Shown: positions 12,271-24,111 of the stretch, piece by piece
Layout: each line of letters begins with the position of its first letter
Position numbering within the stretch: position 1 is the first letter of the stretch
Position numbers and translations under genes: made by a program
Source of the DNA: Octopus bimaculoides
Taxonomy: Eukaryota
Assembly (NCBI RefSeq): GCF_001194135.2
Contig: NC_068987.1
Coordinates: 33,436,392-33,472,404 of the forward strand
Length of the DNA: 36,013 nt
Reading direction: 5' to 3'
The notes under the pieces: generated by a model
The model's database searches: none
Seen by the model: the letters and a program-made list of their open reading frames with translations, nothing else
Told to the model about the DNA's origin: nothing

Positions 12271-13154
12271 ACAATATGTGAGATCTAGATATGCTCGGTA
12301 TAGAAAATATATAGTAATGCCCAACTGAATTTCAATTTAAAATCTGATTTCCTCAACCGGAGCAAGGCGGGTGGCATCAAGAGGCACTATAGTCAAATCT
12401 AAATCAAGTTGAAGTGGAGGTAGTAATGCAGATAAAGACTTATATGTAAGTATCTAAACGCAGACTCAGAAACATTTTATTTTAGCAAAGCTCTCGTGCT
12501 CTTGCATGTTCATCCAGGATATTGCAATAAAAGGCGTTTAATTCTGCTGAACGCTCGATATTGACGATGCAGGTATTTCCAAACAGTTTCTTTGTAAAAA
12601 TAAAGGTGAGGAAAATGAAATCTATTTTGCCATGGACCTTCAATTATTTTCGCTCAGTCAAATATGAAACTTTTCAAAAGCGATTTTTTAACACCATCAA
12701 TATTTTAGTAAGCTTAAATTTCTCACTCCATTTTCCTATGATTGAAACTACGTCTATGTCTATCATGTATGTTAAAAGAAAAATACACATACTCTCTCTA
12801 ACGGCAGTCTTCCTTTCACTATCTTACTAACAATCTGTTCTCACATTTCATCTGTCTCTCAGTTTATCAATCTTTTACATTATAAAACGGTATATATGAA
12901 AAATATACTTTATTGTCTTAGTTTTATTTCAACGAAGTGTCTTGTACGAGCATGTCTGCATAAAGGTATATATTATCACAGTGTCTCTCACTCTCACTCT
13001 CTTTCTTTCTGTCTGTCTCTCTTTCTCTCTCTCTCTCCGTATGTATTCATATTTTTAAATAGGTATACTATTTAATTACTGGTGTTCACGTATGAAAGTG
13101 TATGCATGTGCAAGTATGTAAATTCGTATGCATAATGTAATGATGCAGGCGCCA

Positions 13155-13335
13155 ATGTATGTATGTGTGTATGTATGTATGTATGTATGTATGAATGTAT
13201 GCATGCATGTATGTATGTATGTGTGTGTTTAAGAGCGTGTGTTCAAGCGAGAGCATCTGTTTCTGAGTGTGGGTGTATGAGTGCACATGTCTATTTGTGT
13301 ACATATGTTTGTGCTTCTGTGTATGTGTGTTTGTG
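13155..13335. repeat. (TATG)n and degenerate (TG)n tract
   Basis: Read directly from the sequence. Confidence 0.85.
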
Positions 13336-13550
13336 CAGTTCATGCATATTGAATGAGGCAAAACTGACTGCTAATTTAAAGAGAGTAACATGACAGGCTC
13401 ACACAGAAACATACAATACACTCAGAAACTCAAGCGCAACTCTTTGTTGAGCCAATTTTCTCCATTCTCTTCCCTTTTAGCAAGATCGCATCCACTAGTG
13501 TTGCTTTGGTAATCGGCAGGTACCCTGACATATCACTTTGAAACAAATGA

Positions 13551-13764
13551 AGGGCGGCTAGATGGCAGAATCATTAACACTTCGGGGAAAATGCTTCGTG
13601 ATATTCCGTCCATCTTCGTATTCTGAGTTCAAAGTGCGCCACAGTCGATGTTGCGTTTCATTTCTCCAGGGTCGATAAAATTAGTACTAGTTGAGCATTG
13701 CGGTCATAGTAATAGACTTACTCCGCCCACTAAATAGCTGTCCTTAGTCACAATTTCAGACCAA
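13551..13764 (+). mobile_element. tRNA-derived SINE, family A (copy 3)
   Basis: agggcggctagatggcagaatcattaac...ttctgagttcaaag...gggtcgataaaattagtactagttgagcattgcggtc...tttcagaccaat, colinear with copy 1. Confidence 0.75.
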
Positions 13765-14078
13765 TATGACACGAATTTATACAAGTAGTATATAGATTAT
13801 ATTATATTCAACTCTCTTTGTTATTAGAGATAATATATTTTTCCTATCAAATTTGTATCTATACGGATATCAATCCATTTAATTGGTATATGTATCCATG
13901 AAATTCACTTCTCCCTTTATTCTCACATTTTATCGTCATTGTCACCAGTGTATAGGGCAATACTCCTCATTAGTTTATCAATTTAATTTATTCTATACCA
14001 GGTATTTGCTAGAAATTCTCCTGCCAAACAAACATGATAATAGAAGTGGGTTTCATAATGAGTCCATCCCTTCAATTG

Positions 14079-14136
<58 letters not shown>
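14079..14136. repeat. (TATC)n tetranucleotide repeat running into a gap
   Basis: Read directly from the sequence. Confidence 0.95.
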
Positions 14137-14667
14137 NNNNNNNNNNNNNNNNNNNNNNNNNNNNNNNNNNNNNNNNNNNNNNNNNNNNNNNNNNNNNNNN
14201 NNNNNNNNNNNNNNNNNNNNNNNNNNNNNNNNNNNNNNNNNNNNNNNNNNNNNNNNNNNNNNNNNNNNNNNNNNNNNNNNNNNNNNNNNNNNNNNNNNNN
14301 NNNNNNNNNNNNNNNNNNNNNNNNNNNNNNNNNNNNNNNNNNNNNNNNNNNNNNNNNNNNNNNNNNNNNNNNNNNNNNNNNNNNNNNNNNNNNNNNNNNN
14401 NNNNNNNNNNNNNNNNNNNNNNNNNNNNNNNNNNNNNNNNNNNNNNNNNNNNNNNNNNNNNNNNNNNNNNNNNNNNNNNNNNNNNNNNNNNNNNNNNNNN
14501 NNNNNNNNNNNNNNNNNNNNNNNNNNNNNNNNNNNNNNNNNNNNNNNNNNNNNNNNNNNNNNNNNNNNNNNNNNNNNNNNNNNNNNNNNNNNNNNNNNNN
14601 NNNNNNNNNNNNNNNNNNNNNNNNNNNNNNNNNNNNNNNNNNNNNNNNNNNNNNNNNTATTCTATTA

Positions 14668-15032
14668 TTCTTTTACTTGTTTCAGTCATTTGGCTGCGAC
14701 CATGCTGGAGCACCGCCTTTAGTCGAACAAATTGACCCCAAGACTTTATATTTGTAAGCCTAGTACTATCGATGCATTTTACCGAACCGCTAAGTTACGG
14801 TGAGTAAACACAACAATATCGGTTCTCAAACGATAGTGGGAGGACAAACAGACAGAAATATACAGGTATATACATATAAGTCGGGCTTTTTTTCAGTTTC
14901 CTTCTACCAAATCTACTCATAAGGCTTTCGTCGGGCCGAGGCTATAGTAAAAAACACTTGCCGAAGGTGCCACACTGTGAGAGTGAACCTGGAACCATGC
15001 GGTTCGGAAGCAAGCTATTTACCACACAACCA
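14668..15032 (-). mobile_element. tRNA-derived SINE, family B (near full length)
   Basis: The minus-strand head ggttgtgtggtaaatagcttgcttccgaaccgcatggttccaggttcactc...gcaccttcggcaagtg...ctatagcctcgg matches the plus-strand head at 35827-35971. The body ends ...ccaaatgactgaaacaagtaaaagaat. Confidence 0.8.
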
Positions 15033-15039
15033 AATATAC

Positions 15040-15090
15040 ATGTGTGTGTGTTTATATACATACATACATACACACATATATATATACATG

Positions 15091-15142
<52 letters not shown>

Positions 15143-15282
15143 AATATAAATACATATACATATACGTGTGTGTGTGTTTGTGTTTGTATGTGTATGTAAA
15201 ATACACATATATATATAAACATATACAAACATATATATATATATAACATACACATATACACACATGTACATATATGTATACA

Positions 15283-15350
<68 letters not shown>
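15040..15350. repeat. Compound (TG)/(TACA)/(CA)/(TA)n microsatellite block
   Basis: Read directly from the sequence. Confidence 0.95.
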
Positions 15351-15351
<1 letters not shown>

Positions 15352-18119
15352 ATGGAGCTATAAAGCTGTCTCTCAATTTAATCTGTGTATTCATCTACAT
15401 AGCTCTCTATCGATTCTTCCATCTACCAGTTAATAGATTTTGCTATTAAAATGTTCTCGCAGCTGATAATTTAATGACGTCATAACATTCTTAAACTCCT
15501 TCACTCACCTCAACCTGGTAGTTTGATCTTGCACTCCCAGTTCTCCTGAACGATACAGTTCGAAACGATGAAATGCCCTCAGCTTTAATTAAAGCGTAAA
15601 TCCCTTTAACAAAACGAAACTAAAAGGAAATTGCACTTGATTCAATTTCTCATAGTGTAATTGCTTGCCTTTGATGCAGTTCTTTCAAAGAGAAAAACAA
15701 AAGAACATCAGTAGTAAGGAATTAGTGTGTAGCGCCGAACCGAATTGAACAAAAGAAAAGTGAAATGAGAGATAGTGGTAAATTTTTTAATAAATTTAAA
15801 ACGTTTTAAATATGCAATTAATAGTGAAAAATCAATCAATTTATCAAATTTCTATCTTGCTAAACAATACCAAGTGAACATTCTAGTGTTTGGAGATGTG
15901 AATGCCGATCCCTTTCTATAGCAACTTAAATAATTAAATTTATTTCTACTATTGATATAAAAAAAAACAACAACAATATTTTGGTAACTAAAATAGAAAA
16001 AGGAAACGTATACAATGAACATTTTATAAACGTTACTCATCAAATATTATTATGAATAAATAAAAATATTATATAGCTCACAAAAAATATATTGAAATTT
16101 GATCAACAGAAAGTTTTAAAAGCACACTTAAAAATGATGTTTTTACAGCAATGTTTTACACGCTTGAACTCTTGCTGTATATATAGAATGCATAAAATAC
16201 TATGTGTTAGCTTATTTTGCACATTTACAGTTATGTAAATATTAACCTATGTCCCTCAACGTTAACGTCCTGCTGCTAGATGTATCTGAAAAATCACTTT
16301 AATATCAAACAGTAGAGTCTTGACAAAGGGCATATATTTAGGTTAATATAAGCTTTGATGATATAAACTGCCTCACAATGGAATTAGTATGAAGATATAA
16401 CTTTACAATTACGTGTAGATTTGGTCTAAAACGAACAACATACATAATCGGCAATAAAAGCATCTAAACCAACGTACTCTAGGTACATGGGCAATATTTC
16501 AGATGACTCTTTAAAATGTTATCTTTATCTCGCAGGTCTTCGATTCCTAAATGTATATATATATTGATGATATCCAACAATGACGTTCTTCTATCACGCA
16601 GTTATTATGTTGCTCATCTTTAGCTGTAACTCTGACAATTCCAGCTGAACTCATAGCTTTCATAATCTCTTATCTATAGTTCAAAGCAATTCCGCAGAAT
16701 GCTTTCATCTCAAGATATGCATCTTTTCAGAATATTCCATCTGTTATCTCTTTTCACATAAACCACTGAAATATTTCTTAGTGAACATTAATCACTTTAA
16801 TCTCACTCAATTATATCAGACCTTCCCAACGATAATATCGCAAGAATGATATCTCAGATAATTTATTTAAATAAACAAATTAAAAACAAGATATTGTAAA
16901 GAGCACTTCATATTTGGTTATCTCCTGAATTTTAGAAAATTGTATAATATTGCACACATTATTGATCTTCCACTCACATCTAAATCTTATTAACGCGCGA
17001 GCCAGGTACATAATATGTATGATCGCCACGGTTTTAGAAGATAAAACTTACTGACACTAACTAAAATTGTATGTTAGCAACCGAAGAGAAGTGACTCATG
17101 TGTATTTTTATAAAGATAGTCAAGTCTAGCTTCCATTTTCGGGTATAGAAATTTATTATCGAGCGAACAATACGTAGACTATCTCTAGATATTTCGACAC
17201 ATTAATTACACGCAGTAAACCTGATGTATTTAATTCATTTGCCTGACAGTCAGTAAAGGACCTTTCTGTCCATTCCATGACACGTATGTGGGTGTGTCTC
17301 CAATAAACTTTGCCTTCGCTTTGTGCTGGTGTGTCGAGAATTTGATATAGATAAGTTTGCTGTGCCAAGTAAGAGTGGTTGACAACCTCACACTTGGGAA
17401 CATACATTTACGACAGCAAAAAATACAACAGCGACAAAAGGATTCAATAATATAAAGTGTTTCAAATACAAATCAACTTTCGATAAAATCTGAAGTCATC
17501 TGATATAGTCCGCTGCAGAAAAAAAGGTAAACTCACTACCACATGACTGGCCGAACATCTTATATAGCTACTCGTATATTTTCACCTATAATATGGTTGC
17601 TAGGATGACAGCAGTCTACTAAAGTACAAAACTAATTTCTCACGACTAATGCATATTAAGAAGGGTTCAATTGTTTACAGAATTTTTAATTTCAAAATTA
17701 AATCAAAGCTACGAGTTAAATTTATAAAATAAAACACGCGTACAACAAAAAAGGTTGTCATAGAGTTCATTTTTCTATAGTTTTGATCTGTAATTTACTG
17801 TCTGTAGTATTGCATTCCCTTCATACAGCAGGCTGCCTCCGGTAGAAGAGGTCAAAAAATCATGTTATAATATATGTATATATATATATATATATATTGA
17901 GTTTGTGGAATGTTGTATAAGTCCGTCCACACTTAGAGGCTATTTAATTCATCATACATTTGAAGTGCTCCTGCTACTGTATGTACATCAGGAATTCCAT
18001 ATTATGTGTGAAGAAATGAAAGAAAATGGTATCAATAACTTCGTTTTTGGACTATTGAAAAAGTTGCAAGACAAACGAAAGTTTTAGAAAAACAAATGAG
18101 TAAATGAGTGGAAACTTTG

Positions 18120-18400
18120 CCGGTGAGTGTGTTAAATAATAAGGCACTAAAAGAGCATGACTCTGCCGAGACACCACAATGTATTAATAACATTCATTAT
18201 TTAACACATTACAATTGTTTCAATGCATTCTTACACGTGTAGTGCGTAAGTGACATATTATGCAATTATTATATTACATCCAATGTACCTTCTCAGGTGA
18301 TTGTTTAAGCAAATTATTCATTAGATTCTCTTCATGTCACTCAGTTTGAAATGTATACTCTGTTTGTTGTGTCCTTTCTCGCAGTTCACAGACAAACTAA
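18120..18400 (-). mobile_element. Possible solo PLE pseudo-LTR remnant
   Basis: The minus strand has a PLE-C-terminus-like stretch (VNC-RKDTTNR..IH-FKLSDMK*, needs frameshifts), then a hammerhead-like decayed CTGAGAAGGTAC...CACGTGTA and GAAACAATTGTA. A perfect 13-bp inverted repeat lies at 18128-18140 / 18196-18208. Assignment is inferential. Confidence 0.3.
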
Positions 18401-18861
18401 AATCGTAGATATAGAGACGGATAAGATTCAATTACTATCAAAATATATAATACAGTGACAAATACAGTGACAAATGAAAGTAAAAGGGTCCAGTTGTCTA
18501 TAAATATCTATTTTAATTTAGACCATAGATAGAATAAAGAATTAATTAAAGAATAAACTGTAGCACTTAGAGAGACTAGAGTGATAACTAGGTCGAGAAT
18601 TGTGCATTTCAGTACATATCAATTGTTTCTTCATCTTCCTTCGGAACCCAAAGTGTCTTCCTTCACATCCGAAAAAAATAACAGCCCCATCTTATAGAGA
18701 GAATGTGACCTATTTAGAGTTAATTTGGTATGGTCTAGTTTCTGTATACTTCCTTAAAATGTTAAGAAACGAGCTAATGTGTATGCCTTCCCCCGGCGCA
18801 CATATATTGTCAAATACAACCATTTACAATGCAACGATTTACAAGGAAGTTTGCATTGCTT

Positions 18862-18908
<47 letters not shown>

Positions 18909-18932
18909 TAATACATTTCTAAACCTCTCAGA

Positions 18933-19347
18933 GAGACTTAAGCAGTAGTGATGCGATAAAGTAGTTGTATACTGTTAACTTAACGTGACAGTCCCAATAA
19001 GGGAATATACTACTGCTGTTTAGCCCTAGGAAGCTGGACCGCTTCCTGTTGGGCATGACACATTTTCTGTGTCCTTATGTTTGCGAGGAGGAGACAAGCT
19101 CCTCCACCCAGCCCAGCCTGCATTCAGGGACATGTTTCTGAGTTTCTGCTCGTCATCAGCCTGAAGTAGCAAGACTAGCTGGCTGAAGAAGTTTGTCAAG
19201 CTTTCGCAAACATATACTATTTCAGTGAAACACATTCCCTGATTACAAAAAATAGAAATAATAGCAGTAGTATATTCCCTTATTGGGACTGTCACGTTAA
19301 GTTGACAGTATACAACTACTTTATCGCTTCACTACTGCTTAAGTCTC
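18933..19347. mobile_element. 415-bp fold-back element with 85-bp inverted arms (18933-19017 / 19263-19347)
   Basis: The left arm gagacttaagcagtagtgatgcgataaag...gggaatatactactgct equals the reverse complement of the right arm at 83/85 positions (mismatches at 18952 and 18976). No target-site duplication is evident. Confidence 0.9.
19123..19165 (-). ncRNA. Minimal type I hammerhead ribozyme motif
   Basis: Minus strand: UUCAGG-CUGAUGA-C GAG CAGAAA CUC A-GAAA-CAUG-UC/CCUGAA. Perfect 6-bp helix I, intact CUGAUGA and GAAA cores, GUC cleavage triplet and palindromic ACAUGU helix III. One defect: a C-A mismatch at the base of helix II. Confidence 0.7.
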
Positions 19348-19693
19348 CTATTCGTCAGTTTCTCGTACCCACCAAAACATGGTGTCTCTTCTGCACCCAC
19401 CCTATTCACCAGATTTAGTAGCTGTGGACTGCCATTTCTTCCGCGAGATGAAAATACAACTCAAAGGTCACAGTTTAAATACCATGGTCGAGATTCAGAG
19501 CGAATCGCTGAAGGTTGCCGACTCACTTACGGAAAACGACTTTCAAGACGGATTCCAAAGATGGCAGGAATGCTGGAAACGGTGTGTTGCTATGAAAGGT
19601 GACTATTTTGAAGGAGATCATGTTAAAACTTAGGTCAGTAAGTTACTGTTTAATAAATTTAACTAGACCGGTAAGCGTTTGATACCACCTTGT
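19348..19693 (+). mobile_element. mariner transposon 3' fragment: transposase C-terminus plus probable right TIR
   Basis: ORF 19379-19633 reads HPPYSPDLVAVDCHFF..MK..LKG...FQRWQECWKRCV..KGDYFEG, with the YSPDL motif and the third catalytic Asp of mariner. It ends in a TIR-like sequence ...gcgtttgataccaccttgt. Confidence 0.85.
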
Positions 19694-19695
19694 CC

Positions 19696-19865
19696 CTATG
19701 TATGTATGTATGTATGTATGTATGTATGTATGTATGTTTGTATGTATGTATGTGTGTGTGTATATATCTATATATCTATGTATGTGTATATCTATGTATC
19801 TATGTATGTATACATACACACACACAAGCACACACTCACACACACACACACATATGTATATATAG
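19696..19865. repeat. (TATG)n / (TG)n / (CA)n microsatellite
   Basis: Read directly from the sequence. Confidence 0.9.
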
Positions 19866-20659
19866 ATTCAGATGAATATGGTACTTAAGTTGTGACACCT
19901 GAATGTAGTACGATATTATCCATACAACTTCAAAATGAAGTGATTAAAATCAAAATAAGCAACAAGGGTATCCAGAGGTAATGCAGTACGATCGCTTCAA
20001 ACGACTCCATTTAATTGAATAATTAAACTAAATGGGCTTAATGCGGGTGGCCCATATCAGGAAACTGTAGAATGCAGAAAAAATAGAAACACAGAGAATG
20101 TGAGAGACAGACGGAGAGAACAATTGACAGGGACAGAGCGGGAGAATCAGAATGTGCTTACTGAAAGGAAGAGCGAATTTTTATACTTTGTTCCTTCATT
20201 TCTTCCTATCAATTAACAAATTCGCTTAAGTGAATTAACTACCGCATGCTCAGACAAAACATTTACAATATGTCCAACAACAATAGTTAAACAAGTTAGG
20301 GGTAAAGTGTTTTTACATTTGTTTTCAGATCACCGTATTAAGATTTATCAAAACTTTACCAATGTACCCTAACAATACACTATGTATAAAGTCTTTCCTT
20401 CTCTTCCATAAATGAATAAACCCTCGTACTCCATATATATAAATGTAAATTTGTATGTGTGTGTATGTGTGCTTGTGCGCACTTTCCTTATGCATTTGAA
20501 AACTGAGTTGCTGACTTTAAAGTATTGGGTAACAAAATATTCAGTAATTTAACATCTACCTGAAAAATTTATTGTCATTTACATATTTGCATTACAAACA
20601 TTTTACATTAAAATCTTTTTCTATAAGTCAAATATCTTAAACATTTTATACCGCGACGT

Positions 20660-20971
20660 TATCGACGACGACATCACATTTTCTACATCAGAGTGTACCT
20701 TAGAACAGATCCATTTCTCTATATATTGTGAAGAAATACAGTCACTCACTATCTGTCTCTCAAATGGTCATACACACATATATACAAAAAGATGCATGTA
20801 TATGTACCTATACAAGAGTATATGAAAGATGTATGTGTCTGTGTGTGAGAGAGAGAGAGAGACACCGAGTGAGTACCACTTGCACATACGTGCAAACAAT
20901 ACATACAAGGCACCTTCACTTGGCAACACTCACATTCACTCACTCACTCTCGTTCTCTATCTCCCTCACGC

Positions 20972-21025
<54 letters not shown>

Positions 21026-21570
21026 CCATTTCATATACACGTACATATTTTTACTTCCTGCTCTCATTTCAAAAGCAAATGTCACCGTTTCACTTTCTCT
21101 TCTCTTTCAATTTCTGCTCTCTTCAAAGCCCAAGGATAATAAAATGAAGAAAATTAACGAACACATTCGGAAACTGCATTGTCGAATTTGACGTATAATC
21201 TTTCAATATTTCAACTATCATAAGCGGTATTTATACTACGACGACGACGTCACATTTTCTATATGAGTGTGTACGTTAAAAGACTTCCATTTCGCTATAT
21301 GTTACGAGGAAATACTGTCACATTCTCACTCACATGCACACGCACACGTACATACTAAACAGATGTGTGCATACGTATTTATATACGTGTATATGAAAGA
21401 TAATGTGTGTAGGGGCAGAGAGAGAGAGAAGGAAAGAAAGGGAGTGCCACTTTCACAGACATGCAAACAATACATACATGACATCCTCACTCACTCTCTC
21501 TCTCACACGCACACACACGCACACACACACACGTTCATTTCATATACACGTACAAACATCTTCCACTTTC
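20660..21570. repeat. Diverged tandem duplication, ~575-bp period (~20660-21060 and ~21235-21570)
   Basis: Shared ordered anchors: gacgacgac.tcacattttcta, gagtgtac, ccatttc.ctatat, gaaatac.gtcac, gtatatgaaagat, tgcaaacaatacataca, catttcatatacacgtaca. Confidence 0.75.
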
Positions 21571-23499
21571 TGCGCACGTACACAGTAATACACACACACA
21601 CACACACACATTCTCACTCTCTCTCTAGGTAAAAAGCTTGTATGAATTATGTTATTTCTTGTTATGTGCATACGCAAATTTACAGCTCAAATCCAATTGA
21701 AATCACTTTTTTCTATTCCCTAATGCGTACTTGTGATGAGTGTATTTAAAAACCTGATCTTTGATACAAATTTTAAAAGAAGTTCTCCCAGAAATCGTGT
21801 CCTTTACTTGTTGTTTCTAGCATGGCCGAGGTAACATTTGCGCCCCAACGCTGATATTTTTCCTAAATTTCTTCCGATTCTTATATTTTCAATAAAGGGG
21901 ATTAAGATTTCGTCCCAAAAAACACGTTCTCAATATTTTAATTTTCTCCCTCCCCATTGCAATTTCTTCATTTTTTGCTTTTATTCTATATTTTTTCTCG
22001 GTAATCTTAGACGATAATACAAAGAGTACGAATATTTAAGAATTTTCTTCTTTCCTTTTTTTTTATTAAAGCATCACTAAAATCCCCTCCCTGAACATCT
22101 ACCCATCACTTCTCAATGAGGAATGAAAGTAAAAAATTACATGGTTACGTTTAACTTTTTTTCCTATGCACTATGTACATCTCTTGTATTCATCTCATTT
22201 ATAGAGAACATAGATCGATAATATAATATGATGCAGTTGAATATAATAACATTAAAATAATAAAAATAATCATACACATAGATATAATTAAAAATACAAT
22301 GTATCCCCATACATTAATTTATATATAGACATATATATACTTATGACAACCATACCTAACCTAATCCAAACTATTCAAATCCAAACACGTATATGGAGTA
22401 ATGCAGTTATTTCTATTCAAGAGGCTTAAATCTCTCCCTCTATCATACTGAATGTATTTATTTACAGAAGTTATATATTAGCTGAATGAATATTAGAAGG
22501 ATATGTGTGCGTATGTAAATGTCAGATTATCTCTCTGTCTCTCTGTCTCTCTCTCTCACTCCATATATATATATGTATGTATATATATATATATATATNN
22601 NNNNNNNNNNNNNNNNNNNNNNNNNNNNNNNNNNNNNNNNNNNNNNNNNNNNNNNNNNNNNNNNNNNNNNNNNNNNNNNNNNNNNNNNNNNNNNNNNNNN
22701 NNNNNNNNNNNNNNNNNNNNNNNNNNNNNNNNNNNNNNNNNNNNNNNNNNNNNNNNNNNNNNNNNNNNNNNNNNNNNNNNNNNNNNNNNNNNNNNNNNNN
22801 NNNNNNNNNNNNNNNNNNNNNNNNNNNNNNNNNNNNNNNNNNNNNNNNNNNNNNNNNNNNNNNNNNNNNNNNNNNNNNNNNNNNNNNNNNNNNNNNNNNN
22901 NNNNNNNNNNNNNNNNNNNNNNNNNNNNNNNNNNNNNNNNNNNNNNNNNNNNNNNNNNNNNNNNNNNNNNNNNNNNNNNNNNNNNNNNNNNNNNNNNNNN
23001 NNNNNNNNNNNNNNNNNNNNNNNNNNNNNNNNNNNNNNNNNNNNNNNNNNNNNNNNNNNNNNNNNNNNNNNNNNNNNNNNNNNNNACGCATTCTGTCGCA
23101 AGCTTTCCTTCCGAACAAGTGGGAAATGAAAGCAGAGAGATGAACGGCGCAACCACCTCTCCTGTTACTACCACTGTGATAAAAAAACACTACCACCAGC
23201 AACAATACAATTGACAAGCCGAATGACTTTACAGCTATTTTTTTATGAGAAGTAAACTGCTTCAATTCTACTCGCGCTAACACTCAAAATGATTGGAACC
23301 CGAATTAAGTCTTAATTATTGCTGACACTGTCTACTATGTTTTGCTTCTAGTGCCAGTTGTTCTGGTTGCATCATGTCTTTGATGTATTGATTACACTAC
23401 AAAGTGAAGACTCAACTTTATTGTGATCACCTTAGGGAAAATATTTAAGTCAGCATTCGGCGCTCTTTAGGGCCAGCAGTTATGGAAGAGCGATAACTT

Positions 23500-24111
23500 T
23501 CAGATTCTTTCATGAACGACTACCTCATTTTGAATCAATTTCCACATATAACTATTTGGAATGACTATACAATGCATGATTGTGTTGGAAGCCAGATATT
23601 CGGAAGTGCAGTCATGGTTAGGTATTTGATTTTTCTTCAGTTCCCTATTCATCTTGTCTTCGGGCTTTGTTCTGCTGTATGTTACATTAAACACGTCTTC
23701 TACCCCACTCTCCAACCAACCAGTGAAAGCTAAATGTCGGAAGATGCTGAAAGAATCAACCCTGTTGGTTGATGTAAGATGCAATTCACACTGGGTTTAA
23801 CACATACCTCCCGCCTTTGAATACCTTTTTGGAATATACACAGTTGAAAGTATCCTGTTCACAGGTAACTTTTCTAGTTCGAACACCAATCGAGAACAAT
23901 GTTTCATTGACTTAGCCAACAACAACACAAAGAAAACATATAACACAAACTTTGTTTTCGCAGGGGTTTTCAGCAATTTTTACCGCTGGACCTTTTGATT
24001 ACTATTTCATTCTGGTGGACTCCTACATCCATTCGATGTTTAAAAAGTAATATACAAAAATCCTTTCGGAAATTCCTTTTTATTTGCGCATGTTACCTTG
24101 TGTAGGTTGAA
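23500..24111 (-). CDS. Candidate spliced coding fragment of unknown product (putative exons 24097-24111, 23808-23910, 23500/23524-23746)
   Basis: Two GT-AG introns (186 nt and 61 nt) join the pieces in a consistent frame: xQPTQV|NETLFSIGVRTRKVTCEQDTFNCVYSKKVFKGG|SIFRHLAFTGWLESGVEDVFNVTYSRTKP... No homology recognised; this could be chance. Confidence 0.25.

Noticed and set aside
15582-15595. 14-bp palindrome GCTTTAATTAAAGC as a regulatory site
   Set aside because: It is AT-rich and short, expected by chance in 36 kb, with no supporting context.
19180-19240. Plus-strand second hammerhead (CTGAAGA-AGTTTGTCAAGCT...GCAAAC)
   Set aside because: The GAAA core is not intact and there is no helix I partner.
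19026-19295. 89-aa minus-strand ORF (MTVPIREY...) as a captured gene
   Set aside because: It starts inside the inverted arm and overlaps the hammerhead. No protein motif was recognised, and the RNA structure explains the sequence better.
18933-19347. piggyBac-type MITE with TTAA target duplication
   Set aside because: The TTAA lies inside the inverted arms (complementarity extends 5 bp beyond it, GAGAC/GTCTC) and the ends are not CCC/GGG.
23430-23910. Reading the 23.5-kb ORF chain as a Tc1/IS630 transposase (NE..GG..SN..WP.RAP..DLN)
   Set aside because: The catalytic Asp residues are absent and the spacing to the DLN-like motif is ~50 rather than ~34 residues.
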